NCBI GenBank assembly: GCA_964016885.1 | Contig: OZ024763.1 | Coordinates: 12,276,001 to 12,340,000, forward strand | Direction: 5' to 3' | From: Eledone cirrhosa | Lineage: Eukaryota | DNA length: 64,000 nt | Part shown: positions 29,560 through 42,982 of the stretch, one piece after another | How positions within the stretch are numbered: the stretch's first letter is position 1 | Layout of the letters: every line of letters starts with the position of its first letter | Program-made: the position numbers and the translations under genes | The notes under the pieces: generated by a model | Told to the model about the DNA's origin: nothing | Seen by the model: only the letters and a program-made list of their open reading frames with translations | Databases searched by the model: none

Positions 29560-29900
29560 CATCATTTCATCATTTCATTTTACGTCCACTTTTCCCTGCT
29601 TGCAAGGGTGGGACAGGAACTGATTCTGGCTTGATTTCTACAGCTGGATGCCCTTCCTAACACCAACCTCATTTACAGTCAGTGCTGGGTGCTTTTTTGC
29701 CGTGGCACCTCCACGACCACTTTGCAGTGGAATGATAGGGACCCCAGTCCCTATCATCTCATTTCTACAGCTGAGTAAACTGGAGCAATGTGAAATAAAG
29801 TGTCTTGCTCAAGGAAACAACACATCACCCGGTCTGAGAATGGAACTCACAACCTTTCGATTGCAAGGCCAATGCTCTAACCACTAAGCCATGTGGCTCC
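29560..29900 (-). mobile_element. CORE-type SINE with RTE tail A
   Basis: Full-length match to 52170-52511. Confidence 0.9.
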
Positions 29901-31320
29901 ATATGTCCACATACATGTATATATACATATGTACACATATATGTATATATACATATGTACACATATATGTATATATATGTTCACATATATGTATATATAC
30001 ATGTATGTGGAAATATGTATATATACATGTATGTGTACATATGTATATATACATGAATGTGGACATGTGTACACATACATGTATATATATACATATGTAT
30101 GCATACATGTATATATATATGTACACATACATGTATATATATACATATGTACACATACATGTATATATATATATGTCCACATACATGTATATATACATAT
30201 GTACACGTACATACATGTATATATATACATATGTCTACATACATGTATATATATACATATGTACACATACATGTATATATACATATGTACACATACATGT
30301 ATATATATACATATGTCCACATACATGTATATATATATACATATGTACACATACATGTATATATATACATATGTCCACATACATGTATATATATACATAT
30401 GTACACATACATGTATATATATATATGTCCACATACATGTATATATACATATGTACACATACATACATGTATATATATACATATGTCTACATACATGTAT
30501 ATATATACATATGTCCACATACATGTATATATATATACATATGTACACATACATGTATATATATACATATGTCCACATACATGTATATATATACATATGT
30601 ACACATACATGTATATATACATATATATATACATATGTCCACATACATGTATATATATACATATGTACACATACATGTATACATATACATATGTACACAT
30701 ACATGTATACATATACATATGTCCACATACATGTATACATATACATATGTACACATACATGTATATATATACATATGTACACATACATGTATATATACAT
30801 ATGTACACATACATGTATATATATACATATGTCCACATACATGTATACATATACATATGTCCACATACATGTATATATATACATGTGTCCACATACATGT
30901 ATATATATACATATGTCCACATACATGTATATATATACATATGTCCACATACATGTATACATATACATATGTACACATACATGTATATATATATATGTAT
31001 GTCCACATGTATATATACATGTGTCCACATGTATATATATACATATGTACACATACAGGTATATATATACATGTATCCACATACATGTATACACATACAT
31101 GTATATATATACATATGTCCACATACATGTATATATACATATGTACACATGTATATATATACATGTGTCCACATACATGTATACATATACATATGTCCAC
31201 ATACATGTATATATACATGTGTCCACATACATGTATATATATACATATGTCCACATACATGTATATATACATATGTACACATGTGTATGTGTACATACAT
31301 GTATATATCTGTATATGTGG
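29901..31320. repeat. ~26-28-bp minisatellite catatgt(a/c)cacatacatgtatatata
   Basis: Tandem, quasi-palindromic units. Confidence 0.95.
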
Positions 31321-31530
31321 GTATTTTCAAGCCCTTCTAATGTGTAGCCCCACATGAACCCTGTTTATAAGGTTTATTATTGTATTCTATATGCAAGCCC
31401 TTGTGGCTAATGAAGAAAGCATGATCACTGTTACTATTACTGCTGCTGCTGCTACTGCTGCTGCTGCTACTACTGCTGCTGCTACTATTTCAATTGAAAC
31501 TGATGTTCCTGCCTTTCTCTGTCTTTTCAG

Positions 31531-31647
31531 GAAGCGAACAGCCCACAAAGCTCTATCCAGATGACAGACAACTCGTTGTGTCACCAATTAGAAGAGCCTC
31601 AATCTAATGGTCCTTCTGGAAGTCTGTCAGGTGACCGCCTCAGTGAT
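31531..31647 (+). CDS. 117-nt exon of an unidentified gene (EANSPQSSIQMTDNSLCHQLEEPQSNGPSGSLSGDRLSD)
   Basis: Strong acceptor cctttctctgtcttttcag and donor GAT|gtaagt; only the phase-0 frame is open. Confidence 0.75.
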
Positions 31648-31869
31648 GTAAGTGGCCTTTTTACTTCTACCCCCACTCTACTAATCTACACTCCTTCTAA
31701 TCTACCCCCAAACTCCATTATCACACTATATTTTTCGGTTTCTTTGCTCACCCCAAACAAAACAATAAAGCCACTAGGGGTTAGTGAGAGAGGGACTAGG
31801 ACAAGACAGAGAGAACATGATTCAAGGGGAGAGATGGCGATTAATGTATATTTATATATCTATATAAAG

Positions 31870-32060
31870 TAATTGTTTCTACTTTAGGCACAAGGCCAGT
31901 AATAACCCAGTGTATTACTGGTACTTTATTTTATCGACCCCGTAAGGATGAAAGGCACAGTCAACCTCGGCGGGATTTGAACTCAGATCGTAAAGGGACG
32001 TAACTCTATGCTGGAAAGCATGGCGTCCGACCCTCTACCGATACTGCCAATCCACCGCCC
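31870..32060 (-). mobile_element. SINE family N
   Basis: Reverse complement of 50691-50880. Confidence 0.85.
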
Positions 32061-32259
32061 GTTATATATTTATATAAAGTAATAATAATAAATGTGAAGA
32101 CTAAAATCCAAAGAGGGCTCAATAAGGATAATATATATCTATCAAATATATATAAACCATAGAGCAAATATTTATTAAAATAACAAATTAAAGTTTAAGC
32201 AAAGAATCGTTGCTTTCACCCTTAACAGGATCTTCTGAAACTAGTTCCATTGCTCTCTA

Positions 32260-32458
32260 TATACTATTGGATTTCTGTGGTAAAGGCTTATCTTACATAA
32301 CTATCTCACACGATATCATATCTACGAGATTTTGATGTTATTTATTTTGAGAGCAATGCCTTAACATCAGTATGAGCAGCTGGTTACAGCTGGTTTGAAC
32401 ATAAAGAGATGAGAGTATTCTGGTCTGGCCAGATACGGCCGGTTTAAATGCTAAAGGG
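32260..32458. mobile_element. piggyBac-type MITE, left end lost
   Basis: Homologous to 28640-28820; ends gctaaaggg-TTAA. Confidence 0.75.
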
Positions 32459-33084
32459 TTAAACTTGTGAAGACGAGGCAACAAAGTGGAAAGCTCATCA
32501 GAACAATTCCCATGAAAATATTTATATAATAGGCACAGAAAGGTGACACTACAATGATGTGATGAGGATTGAAGCTAAGTCAGGACCAATAATGTTGAGC
32601 CCTTCTTAGAATCTTCTTTAGACTCTCAAGGTGCACAGCAGAAGCAACAGTACTCAATACAATGATGAATGGTAGATTTATAAAGAATTAAGATCTATAG
32701 TAAATATAGAGTAATGTAAAGGGTAAAAGGTAACAAGTGATTTCTTAACCCAGTCAACAATAGAAGGAAGGTCATATTCTAGATCAGTTGCCTTCACTTG
32801 TCAAGGTGTGTGAGTTATTGGTTAGAGTTTTGGGCCCACAATCCTGAAGTTATGTGACTCCGAGACCAGGTGACACATTGTGCCTCTTTGTCAGACACTT
32901 TATGTGTTCCCCTTAATGTAAATGGAAGGTAGACTCAATGTGACAAGGCTGGTTCCTGTGTAGTACAGCTATTGTCTATCTTATAGCATAAATGGCTGAG
33001 TATTCCACAGACACAGCTACCTATAAATCCATGGAGTAGTCCATTAGTGTAGTCCTTGTTAAATATATGCGGTAGCCTTCACAG

Positions 33085-33300
33085 TGTACTCCCTACTAAA
33101 CACACAGTATCAGCCCCTACAAAACAGTGTGGACTCATTGTGTTTTGTAGGAGCTACTCCGTGTTTTGTAGCCCCTACTAAAACACACACTGTAGCCCTA
33201 CAAAATACAGTGTAATCCCTACAAAACACAGTGAGCCCCTACAAAACATAGTGTAGCCCTACAAAACACAGTGTAGCCCCTACTAAACCTATAGTATTAG
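33085..33300. repeat. ~20-bp minisatellite gtagccctacaaaacacagt with one inverted unit
   Basis: Direct reading; tgtgttttgtagg inversion near 33140-33170. Confidence 0.75.
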
Positions 33301-33347
33301 TCTCTAACCACTCATTATCCATACATCTTTCTCCTTCTATATTTCAG

Positions 33348-33383
33348 GCTAGCTCCCCTTCTTCAACCGGCAATGGTTACCAG
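33348..33383 (+). CDS. 36-nt microexon (ASSPSSTGNGYQ)
   Basis: ctttctccttctatatttcag acceptor; CAG|gttagt donor; phase 0-0, in frame with 31531-31647. Confidence 0.7.
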
Positions 33384-33415
33384 GTTAGTATTCCTTTAAT
33401 CTTTTATTCTAGTAA

Positions 33416-33748
33416 TCTTATATTCTATTACTGGTGTCACTCATTAGACTGTGGCCTTGCTGGGGCACCACATTCTTATATTCTATTACTGGTGTCACTC
33501 ATTAGACTGTGGCCATGCTGGGGCACCACATTCTTATATTCTATTACTGGTGTCACTCATTAGACTGTGGCCATGCTGGGGCACCACATTCTTATATTCT
33601 ATTACTGGTGTCACTCATTAGACTGTGGCCATGCTGGGGCACCACATTCTTATATTCTATTACTGGTGTCACTCATTAGACTGTGGCCATGCTGGGGCAC
33701 CACATTCTTATATTCTATTACTGGTGTCACTCATTAGACTGTGGCTCA
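33416..33748. repeat. 58-bp minisatellite (~5.5 copies), SINE-derived
   Basis: Unit contains tcattagactgtggccatgctggggcac, as at 22130-22205. Confidence 0.85.
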
Positions 33749-34327
33749 TAGATTGGAATAATTATTGTCTAAAACCAATTGTCCGTATACTAAAGTTCTT
33801 GATACTAACTCAACACCACTAACTACCCCACACACTCCCAGACCTCTCACACTCCCAAACCTCCACCCTTACACTCCCAAACTTCCACCCTCACAATCTA
33901 AGACCACCCCCTCACTCCCAGACCACCCCCTCACTCCCAGACCTCCCCTCAAACTCCCTGACTTCACACTCCCATACTTCTTCCTCACACCACCAGACAT
34001 CCCACCTCATCTCCGGAACTCGCACAAATCTCACAATCACAGACCAGCCCCTCTCACTTCCCCCCCTCCTCCTCATACTCCAGACCTCCCATCACACTCC
34101 AAGACTTCCTCCTCTCACCCCCCCCCCTCACTCACCATTACCCCACCCTCACTACACCAGCCAACTCTGTAGTTCTCTCTCTAATTCATCAGATGACATG
34201 TGTAACACTGTTGACCTAACCAGTTAGCACCAGTAATTACTTAATTATTACTGTTGGCTCACAAACATCACTGCTATTATCTTCATTAACTTCTCGTTAG
34301 CATTATCTCCATAGCTTTTAAACAATA

Positions 34328-37300
34328 GCCTAACAGTGACACTAGAGGTGGGTTTGTGTGGGGCAGCTTGGCCTAACAGTGACACTAGAGGTGGGTTTGT
34401 GTGGGGTAGCTTGGCCTAACAGTGACACTAGAGGTGGGTTTGTGTGGGGCAGCTTGGCCTAATAGTGACACTAGAGGTGGGTTTGTGTGGGGCAGCTTGG
34501 CCTAACAGTGGCACTAGAGGTGTGTTTGTGTGGGGCAGCTTGGCCTAACAGTGGCACTAGAGGTGGGTTTGTGTGGGGCAGCTTGGCCTAACTGTGGCAC
34601 TAGAGGTGGGTTTGTGTGGGGCAGCTTGGCCTAACAGTAGCGCTAGAGGTGGGTTTGTGTGGGGCAGCTTGGCCTAACTGTGGCACTAGAGGTGGGTTTG
34701 TGTGGGGCAGCTTGGCCTAACAGTGGCACTAGAGGTGGGTTTGTGTGGGGCAGCTTGGCCTAACAGTAGCGCTAGAGGTGGGTTTGTGTGGGGCAGCTTG
34801 GCCTAACAGTAGCGCTAGAGGTGGGTTTGTGTGGGGCAGCTTGGCCTAACAGTGGCACTAGAGGTGGGTTTGTGTGGGTAGCTTGGTCTAACTGTGGCAC
34901 TAGAGGTGGGTTTGTGTGGGGCAGCTTGGCCTAATAGTGACACTAGAGGTGGGTTTGTGTGGGGCAGCTTGGCCTAACAGTGGCACTAGAGGTGGGTTTG
35001 TGTGGAGCAGCTTGGCCTAATAGTGACACTAGAGGTGGGTTTGTGTGGGGCAGCTTGGCCTAACAGTGGCACTAGAGGTGGGTTTGTGTGGGGCAGCTTG
35101 GCCTAACAGTGGCACTAGAGGTGGGTTTGTGTGGGGCAGCTTGGCCTAACAGTAGCGCTAGAGGTGGGTTTGTGTGGGGCAGCTTGGCCTAACAGTAGCG
35201 CTAGAGGTGGGTTTGTGTGGGGCAGCTTGGCCTAACAGTGGCACTAGAGGTGGGTTTGTGTGGGGCAGCTTGGTCTAACTGTGGCACTAGAGGTGGGTTT
35301 GTGTGGGGCAGCTTGGCCTAATAGTGACACTAGAGGTGGGTTTGTGTGGGGAAGCCTGGCCTAACAGTGACACTAGAGGTGGGTTTGTGTGGGGCAGCTT
35401 GACCTAACAGTGGCACTAGAGGTGGGTTTGTGTGGGGCAGCTTGACCTAACAGTGGCACTAGAGGTGGGTTTGTGTGGGGAAGCCTGGCCTAACAGTGAC
35501 ACTAGAGGTGGGTTTGTGTGGGGCAGCTTGGCCTAACAGTGGCACTAGAGGTGGGTTTGTGTGGGGCAGCTTGGCCTAACAGTGGCACTAGAGGTGGGTT
35601 TGTGTGGGGCAGCTTGGCCTAACAGTGGCACTAGAGGTGGGTTTGTGTGGGGCAGCTTGGCCTAACAGTGGCACTAGAGGTGGGTTTGTGTGGGGTAGCT
35701 TGGCCTAACAGTGGCACTAGAGGTGGGTTTGTGTGGGGTAGCTTGGCCTAACAGTGGCACTAGAGGTGGGTTTGTGTGGGGCAGCTTGGCCTAACAGTGG
35801 CACTAGAGGTGGGTTTGTGTGGGGCAGCTTGGCCTAACAGTGGCACTAGAGGTGGGTTTGTGTGGGGCAGCTTGGCCTAACAGTGGCACTAGAGGTGGGT
35901 TTGTGTGGGGCAGCTTGGCCTAACAGTGACACTAGAGGTGGGTTTGTGTGGGGCAGCTTGGCCTAACAGTGGCACTAGAGGTGGGTTTGTGTGGGGCAGC
36001 TTGGCCTAACAGTGGCACTAGAGGTGGGTTTGTGTGGGGCAGCTTGGCCTAACAGTGGCACTAGAGGTGGGTTTGTGTGGGGCAGCTTGGCCTAACAGTG
36101 GCACTAGAGGTGGGTTTGTGTGGGGCAGCTTGGCCTAACAGTAGCGCTGGAGGTGGGTTTGTGTGGGGCAGCTTGGCCTAACAGTAGCGCTAGAGGTGGG
36201 TTTGTGTGGGGCAGCTTGGCCTAACAGTGGCACTAGAGGTGGGTTTGTGTGGGGCAGCTTGGCCTAACAGTGGCACTAGAGGTGGGTTTGTGTGGGGTAG
36301 CTTGGCCTAACAGTGGCACTAGAGGTGGGTTTGTGTGGGGTAGCTTGGCCTAACAGTGGCACTAGAGGTGGGTTTGTGTGGGGCAGCTTGGCCTAACAGT
36401 GGCACTAGAGGTGGGTTTGTGTGGGGCAGCTTGGCCTAACAGTGGCACTAGAGGTGGGTTTGTGTGGGGCAGCTTGGCCTAACAGTGGCACTAGAGGTGG
36501 GTTTGTGTGGGGAAGCTTGGCCTAACTGTGGCACTAGAGGTGGGTTTGTGTGGGGCAGCTTGGTCTAACTGTGGCACTAGAGGTGGGTTTGTGTGGGGCA
36601 GCTTGACCTAACAGTGGCACTAGAGGTGGGTTTGTGTGGGGAAGCTTGGTCTAACTGTGACACTAGAGGTGGGTTTGTGTGGGGCAGCTTGGCCTAACTG
36701 TGGCGCGAGAGGTGGGTTTGTGTGGGGAAGCTTGGCCTAACTGTGACACTAGAGGTGGGTTTGTGTGGGGCAGCTTGACCTAACAGTGGCACTAGAGGTG
36801 GGTTTGTGTGGGGAAGCTTGGTCTAACTGTGGCACTAGAGGTGGGTTTGTGTGGGGCAGCTTGGTCTAACTGTGGCACTAGAGGTGGGTTTGTGTGGGGC
36901 AGCTTGGTCTAACTGTGGCACTAGAGGTGGGTTTGTGTGGGGCAGCTTGACCTAACAGTGGCGCGAGAGGTGGGTTTGTGTGGGGAAGCTTGGTCTAACT
37001 GTGACACTAGAGGTGGGTTTGTGTGGGGCAGCTTGACCTAACAGTGGCACTAGAGGTGGGTTTGTGTGGGGAAGCTTGGTCTAACTGTGACACTAGAGGT
37101 GGGTTTGTGTGGGGCAGCTTGACCTAATAGTGGCGCTAGAGGTGGGTTTGTGTGGGGAAGCTTGGCCTAACTGTGGCGTTAGAGGTGGGTTGTGTATGGG
37201 GGAGCTTGGCTTAACTATGGGACTAGAGGTGGGTTTGTGTGGGGAAGCTTGGCTTGTGGAGGCGCTTGGCCTAACTGTGGGGCTAGAGGTGGGTTTGTGA

Positions 37301-37915
37301 GGGGCAGCTTGGCCTAACTGTGGCGTTAGAGGTGGGTTGTGTATGGGGGATCTTGGCTTAACTATGGGACTAGAGGTGGGTTTGTGAGGGGCAGCTTGGC
37401 CTAACTGTGGCGTTAGAGGTGGGTTTTGTATGGGGGATCTTGGCTTAACTATGGGACTAGAGGTGGGTTTGTGAGGGGCAGCTTGGCCTAACTGTGGCGT
37501 TAGAGGTGGGTTGTGTATGGGGGATCTTGGCTTAACTATGGGACTAGAGGTGGGTTTGTGAGGGGTAGCTTGACTTGTGGAGGTGCTTGCCCTAACTGGA
37601 ACTAGAGGTGGGTTTGTGGGGGGCAGCTTGGCCTAACTGTGGCACTAGAGGTGGGTTTGTGGGGGGCAGCTTGGCCTAACTGTGGCGCTAGAGGTGGGTT
37701 TGTGTGGGGGAGCTTGGTCTAACTGTGGCACTAGAGGTGGGTTTGCGTGGAGTAGCTTGGCCTAACTGTGGCACTAGAGGTGGGTTTGTGAGGGGCAGCT
37801 TGGCCTAACTGTGGCACTAGAGGTGGGGGAGCTTGGTCTAACTGTGGCACTAGAGGTGGGTTTGTGAGGAGCAGCTTGGTCTAACTGTGGCACTAGAGCT
37901 GGGTTTGTGTGTGGG
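34328..37915. repeat. 43-bp G-rich minisatellite (~83 copies)
   Basis: Unit gcctaacagtggcactagaggtgggtttgtgtggggcagcttg. Confidence 0.97.
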
Positions 37916-38117
37916 GGAGGATTCTAATGTAAAAGTAGGATTATTGCAGTTGTTAGTGGTGGTGTTTAGCCCCCAGGTCAGTCCATGATGATCATCATCA
38001 TCTTTATGCTGGTGTTTCCATCGTGGCATGGGTCGAATGATACATTTTGAGGTAATGTCTAATAGTCAGATGCTCCTCTAGACACTAGCCTGTTTAGTCA
38101 CTTCTTTCGACACGCAA

Positions 38118-38695
38118 GCAGGGTACACAGGGTCATACAACACCCAGCGATACTCTGTACTTATTCTAAACAGGGTACACATGGTCATACAACACCCAGC
38201 GATACTGTGTACCTATTCTAAACAGGGTACAGATGGTCATACAACACCCAGCGATACTGTGTACTTATTCTAAACAGGGTACACATGGTCATACAACACC
38301 CAGGGATACTGTGTACCTATTCTAAACAGGGTACACATGGTCATACAACACCCAGGGATACTCTGTACTTATTCTAAACAGGGTACACAGGGTCATACAA
38401 CACCCAGGGATACTGTGTACCTATTCTAAACAGGGTACACATGGTCATACCACACCCAGGGATACTGTGTACTTATTCTAAACAGGGTACAGATGGTCAT
38501 ACAACATCCAGGGGTACTGTGTACCTATTCTAAACTGGGTACACATGACCATACAACATGCAGGGATACAGGGTACACAACTTCTTACGACACTCAGGAT
38601 ACAACACAAGGATAATGGGTACCTATTCTAAACTGGGTATACATGACTATACAACATGGGGATATAGTGTACCTATTCTAAACAGGGTACACACT
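38118..38695. repeat. 52-bp minisatellite (~11 copies)
   Basis: Unit cagggtacacatggtcatacaacacccagcgatactgtgtacctattctaaa. Confidence 0.92.
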
Positions 38696-38984
38696 TATAA
38701 AGAACACCATTGAAGCTATAACCAACAATCCAGTCATTCTTGAAGTATCTAGCACATTCTGGTTGTACACCCTCCCCTTTTAATTATAAATTAACCCATT
38801 TTAACCCTTTATTGCCATATTTCTAATGAAAGACAGCCTCCTATAAAATGTTTTTTTTTTCCATTACTTCCTTTTTTTACCCTCCCCTGTCCTGTTTCTT
38901 GTGCCTCTCATTCTATTTTCCAATGAAAGACTATCATCTGAAACATTAAAGCTCTTTCCCTAGTATATCTAGTGTTAAAGTAAT

Positions 38985-39298
38985 CACAGACCCCCTTCAG
39001 TCACAAATGACCATGGGGTTTACACCTAGAAAGTTTCCCTCCAAGACACAAGTCCGGGCAAGGTTGTTTGAGGAAGACCAGCAGACGCCCTTGTATACCA
39101 GCCTCATCCCCTCTCCACGCCACTGATGATGTCCAGGGGAAAGTGAATGGCTGATACGGCACCAGTGATGTCGTAGCTCATTTCTACAGGAAATAAAATG
39201 TCTTACTCAAGTACACAACGCATCACCTGGTCCAACAATCGAACTCACAACCTTTCAATTGCAAGCCCAATGCTCTAACCACTAAGCCATGTGCCTTC
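38985..39298 (-). mobile_element. CORE-type SINE, tail type C
   Basis: Homologous to 17986-18310. Confidence 0.8.
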
Positions 39299-39429
39299 TC
39301 TAATATATATAGTTTAGGGATTGTAACATCAAGTTACTGTAGGTTCATCAAAGTGACCACTTGATGCATAGTTTCCAGAAGGTATAATGGTGTTGTACTA
39401 AGCAGAGTATAATACTAATAATAAAAAAG

Positions 39430-39690
39430 ATGAGGTGTTAGATCTTCATTACTGTCGTGGCTTTGATTCCTGGGTTGTGTGTTGTGTTCTTGGGCAAAAC
39501 ACTTCATTTCACGTTGCTCCAGTATACCCAGCTAAAAATGAGTACCAACAATAGCTGGGGGTTTAACCCTGCGATGGACTAGCGTCCTGTCCAGGGGAGT
39601 CTTGTACTCTCAGTAGCTTCACGCCATGAAACCGGGATAAGCACCAACCAAATAAGCCTTCTGGCTTAAGACAGACTTTAGACTTTAGAG
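39430..39690 (+). mobile_element. Degenerate SINE with a Meta-like domain
   Basis: cttgggcaaaacact core; aaccctgcgatggactagcgtcctgtccagggg..gaaaccgggataagc; (gacttta)2 tail. Confidence 0.65.
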
Positions 39691-39778
39691 ATGTCAACAT
39701 GAATGGACCTGTTATTTTTATCTAAAGACATTTTTTCCATCCCGCCCGTCCCCTCAATCTATTTTATTTCTTATTCTT

Positions 39779-39814
39779 TCTTCTGATGAAGGACTAGCGT
39801 CCGAAACGTTAAGA
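39779..39814 (+). ncRNA. Minimal type I hammerhead ribozyme, intact core (element ~39687-39910)
   Basis: TCTT-CTGATGA-A-GGAC tagc GTCC-GAAA-CG-T-T-AAGA; stem I TCTT/AAGA, stem II 4 bp, palindromic AACGTT stem III. Confidence 0.8.
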
Positions 39815-40027
39815 CCCTCTTCCTGCTATATCAAGTGTTAACCTAATATATACCTGCCATATACTGTACCGATTGTGTTGCTATTTCTGTTTACCTTTTA
39901 CATATATATCATTGTACTGTGGTGTTCCCATGTGTTGTTTTTCCTCATTGACTTTTTGAATCTATGCACACACACATTCACATACACACACATATATATG
40001 TGTGTAAATATATATATATATAACACC

Positions 40028-40059
<32 letters not shown>

Positions 40060-40169
40060 TGTCCCCCCCTCCCCCAAGCTGTTACCATTGACAGCCAGCT
40101 GTGACAGCTGTTTGTTTTCTCATCCATTACATCTGATATGTTTACACATATATTAACTGTTATATTGAT

Positions 40170-40850
40170 TGGGTAGTGGTAGTAGAGGTGGCAGTGTAGT
40201 GGTGGTGGTAGTTTAGTGGTGGTACTGTGGTGGTGGTGGTAGTGTAGTGGTGGTACTGTGGTGGTGGTGGTAGTGTAGTGGTGGTGGTGGTGGTGGTGGT
40301 AGTGGTGGTGGTAGTGTAGTGGTGGTACTGTGGTGGTGGTACTGTGGTGGTGGTGGTGGTGGTAGTGTAGTGGTGCTGGTGGTGGTAGTGTAGTGATGGT
40401 ACTGTAATGGCGATACTCTAGTGATGGTAGTGTAGTGGTGCTGGCAGTGTAATGGTGGTGGTAGTTTAGTGGTGGTGGTGGTAGTGTAGTGATGGTACTG
40501 TAGTGGCAATACTGTAGTGATGGTAGTGTAGTAGTGCTGGCAGTAGTATTAGAGGTGGCAGTGTAGTGGTGGTGGTACTGTAGTGGTAGTGTAGTGGTGA
40601 TGGTTGAAATAGTGTAGTTGTGTGGTGTTACTGTAGTGGTGGTGGTGGTGGTAGTTGTAGTGGAGATAGTGAAGTGGTGGTGGTGGTGATGATGGTAGTA
40701 GTGTGGTGGTGGTGGTGGTGGTGATGATGATGATAGTGGTGGTGTGGTGGTGGTAGTGGTGGTGGTGGTGGTGTGATGATGGTAGTGGTGTGGTGATGGT
40801 GGTGTGGTGGTGGCGGTGATGGTGTGGGTGGTGGTGGTGTGGTGGTGTGA
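40170..40850. repeat. (GTG/GTA)n degenerate microsatellite
   Basis: Direct reading. Confidence 0.9.
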
Positions 40851-41459
40851 TCTACAACCTGAACTATTCATTCATCAGACACTAAACAATTTATATCAAT
40901 TTATTAATAATCTGTTATTAGTCTGTCTGTCCCCCCCCTCACTCTCTCTCTCTCCCACCCCCACTCTCTCTCTCCCACCCCCACTCTCTCTCTTCCACAT
41001 TCTCTCCCATTTACATACTCTCTATCTCCCACCCTCTCTCTTTTCCACATATTCTCTTTCCTCCTCTCTTCCACATACACATTTTCTCTCTCTCTTTCTT
41101 CCATCTGCATATTCTTTCCCTCTCTCACATTCTCTCTCATTCTCCTCCTGTCCCTCCATCACTCTCCCTCTCTCTCTCCCTAATATAATAGAAAGAGAAT
41201 AATGGAAAGGAAGAGAGAGAGAGGGAGAAAATGGCTGTGTTGCTCAACCATCAGTATATCGATATATCAATACATATCTGTCTAACCCCTTCTCTCTCCA
41301 CTCCCCCCTCTCACTCCCTCTCTCCTTTCATCCCCAATCTCACACCCCTATTCTCCTCCCCTTCTCTCTCCCCTCTCATCAATACTATTAACACTACTTT
41401 TACCACTATTAGTAGCGAGCAATTAACTAGTAACTAGTTCAGCAGTTATCCACTAACAA

Positions 41460-41962
41460 CTACACTACACCACCACTACACCAATCTCACCACCACTGCA
41501 ACACCACTACACCACCAACACACCAGCTACACCACCACTACATCAGCCTCAACACCACTACACCACCAACTACACCACCACTACATCAGCCTCAACACCA
41601 CTATACCACCACTACACCACCAGCGTCAACACCACTACACCACCAACTACACCACCATTACACCAGCCTCAACACCACTATACTACCACTACACCACCAG
41701 CTACACCACTACACCACCAGCTACACCACCACTACATCAGCCTCAACACCACTACACCACCAGCTACACCACTACACCACCACTACACCACCAGCTACAC
41801 CACCACTACATGAGCCTCAACACCACTACACCACCAGCTACACCACCATTACACCAGCCCCAACACCACTACACCACCACTACACCACCAGCTACACCAC
41901 TACACCACTAGCTACACCACCACTACATGAGCCTCAACACCACTACACCACCAGCTACACCA
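41460..41962. repeat. ctacaccacca-based degenerate repeat
   Basis: Direct reading; resumes at 42982-43055 after the LINE fragment. Confidence 0.85.
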
Positions 41963-41969
41963 ATTTTAC

Positions 41970-42982
41970 TACATGGAAGTGAAACATGGACACTTTCATC
42001 CAAACAACAAATGCTGCTTCATGGCCTCTACATTTACCTACCTGACATCTGACTTTGAAAGAAATAGATGCCAGCCTCCCACACATATCTGTCATACGTA
42101 AAAGGAGAGTAAGATTTGCTGGCCACTGCCATTGTGCCACATCGGAGGCTGTGTCCCCATTAGTGCTCTGGAAACCACAAGCAGTCACTAATAACAGGGG
42201 ACACAAGCTCTGCCATCTCGATTTGCTGGCCACTGCCATTGTGCCACATCGGAGGCTGTGTCCCCATTAGTGCTCTGGAAACCACAAGCAGTCACTAATA
42301 ACAGGGGACACAAGCTCTCCTATCTCAATTTGCTGGCCACTGCCATTGTGCCACATCGGAGGCTGTGTCCCCATTAGTGCTCTGGAAACCACAAGCAGTC
42401 ACTAATAACAGGGGACACAAGCTCTGCCATCTCGATTTGCTGGCCACTGCCATTGTGCCACATCGGAGGCTGTGTCCCCATTAGTGCTCTGGAAACCACA
42501 AGCAGTCACTAATAACAGGGGACACAAGCTCTCCCATCTCAATTTGCTGGCCACTGCCATTGTGCCACATCAGAGGCTGTGTCCCCATTAGTGCTCTGGA
42601 AACCACAAGCAGTCACTAATAACAGGGGACACAAGCTCTCCCATCTCAATTTGCTGGCCACTGCCATTGTGCCACATCAGAGGCTGTGTCCCCATTAGTG
42701 CTCTGGAAACCACAAGCAGTCACTAATAACAGGGGACACAAGCTCTCCCATCTCAATTTGCTGGCCACTGCCATTGTTCCACATCGGAGGCTGTGTCCCC
42801 ATTAGTGCTCTGGAAACCACAAGCAGTCACTAATAACAGGGGACACAAGCTCTCCCATCTCGATGTCATCTCCAGAGATTCTGGTATTGAAATCCTGGAC
42901 TTGGCAACGGCAATGAACGACAGACCCACCCGGAGATCAATTGTTGAGTCAATGTCGGCTGAGGCTGCCGGACGATGATGAC
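41970..42982 (+). mobile_element. RTE/RTE-X-type LINE 3' fragment with an internal 107-bp x7 tandem expansion
   Basis: IRKRRVRFAGHC..LVLWKP..RG..DVISRDSG..AMNDRPTRR, stop, tgatga tail; array 42114-42862. Confidence 0.85.

Noticed and set aside
32200-32242. Minus-strand hammerhead-like cagaaga-tcct-gtta-aggg-tgaaag
   Set aside because: Core mismatches, no stems I or III, single copy
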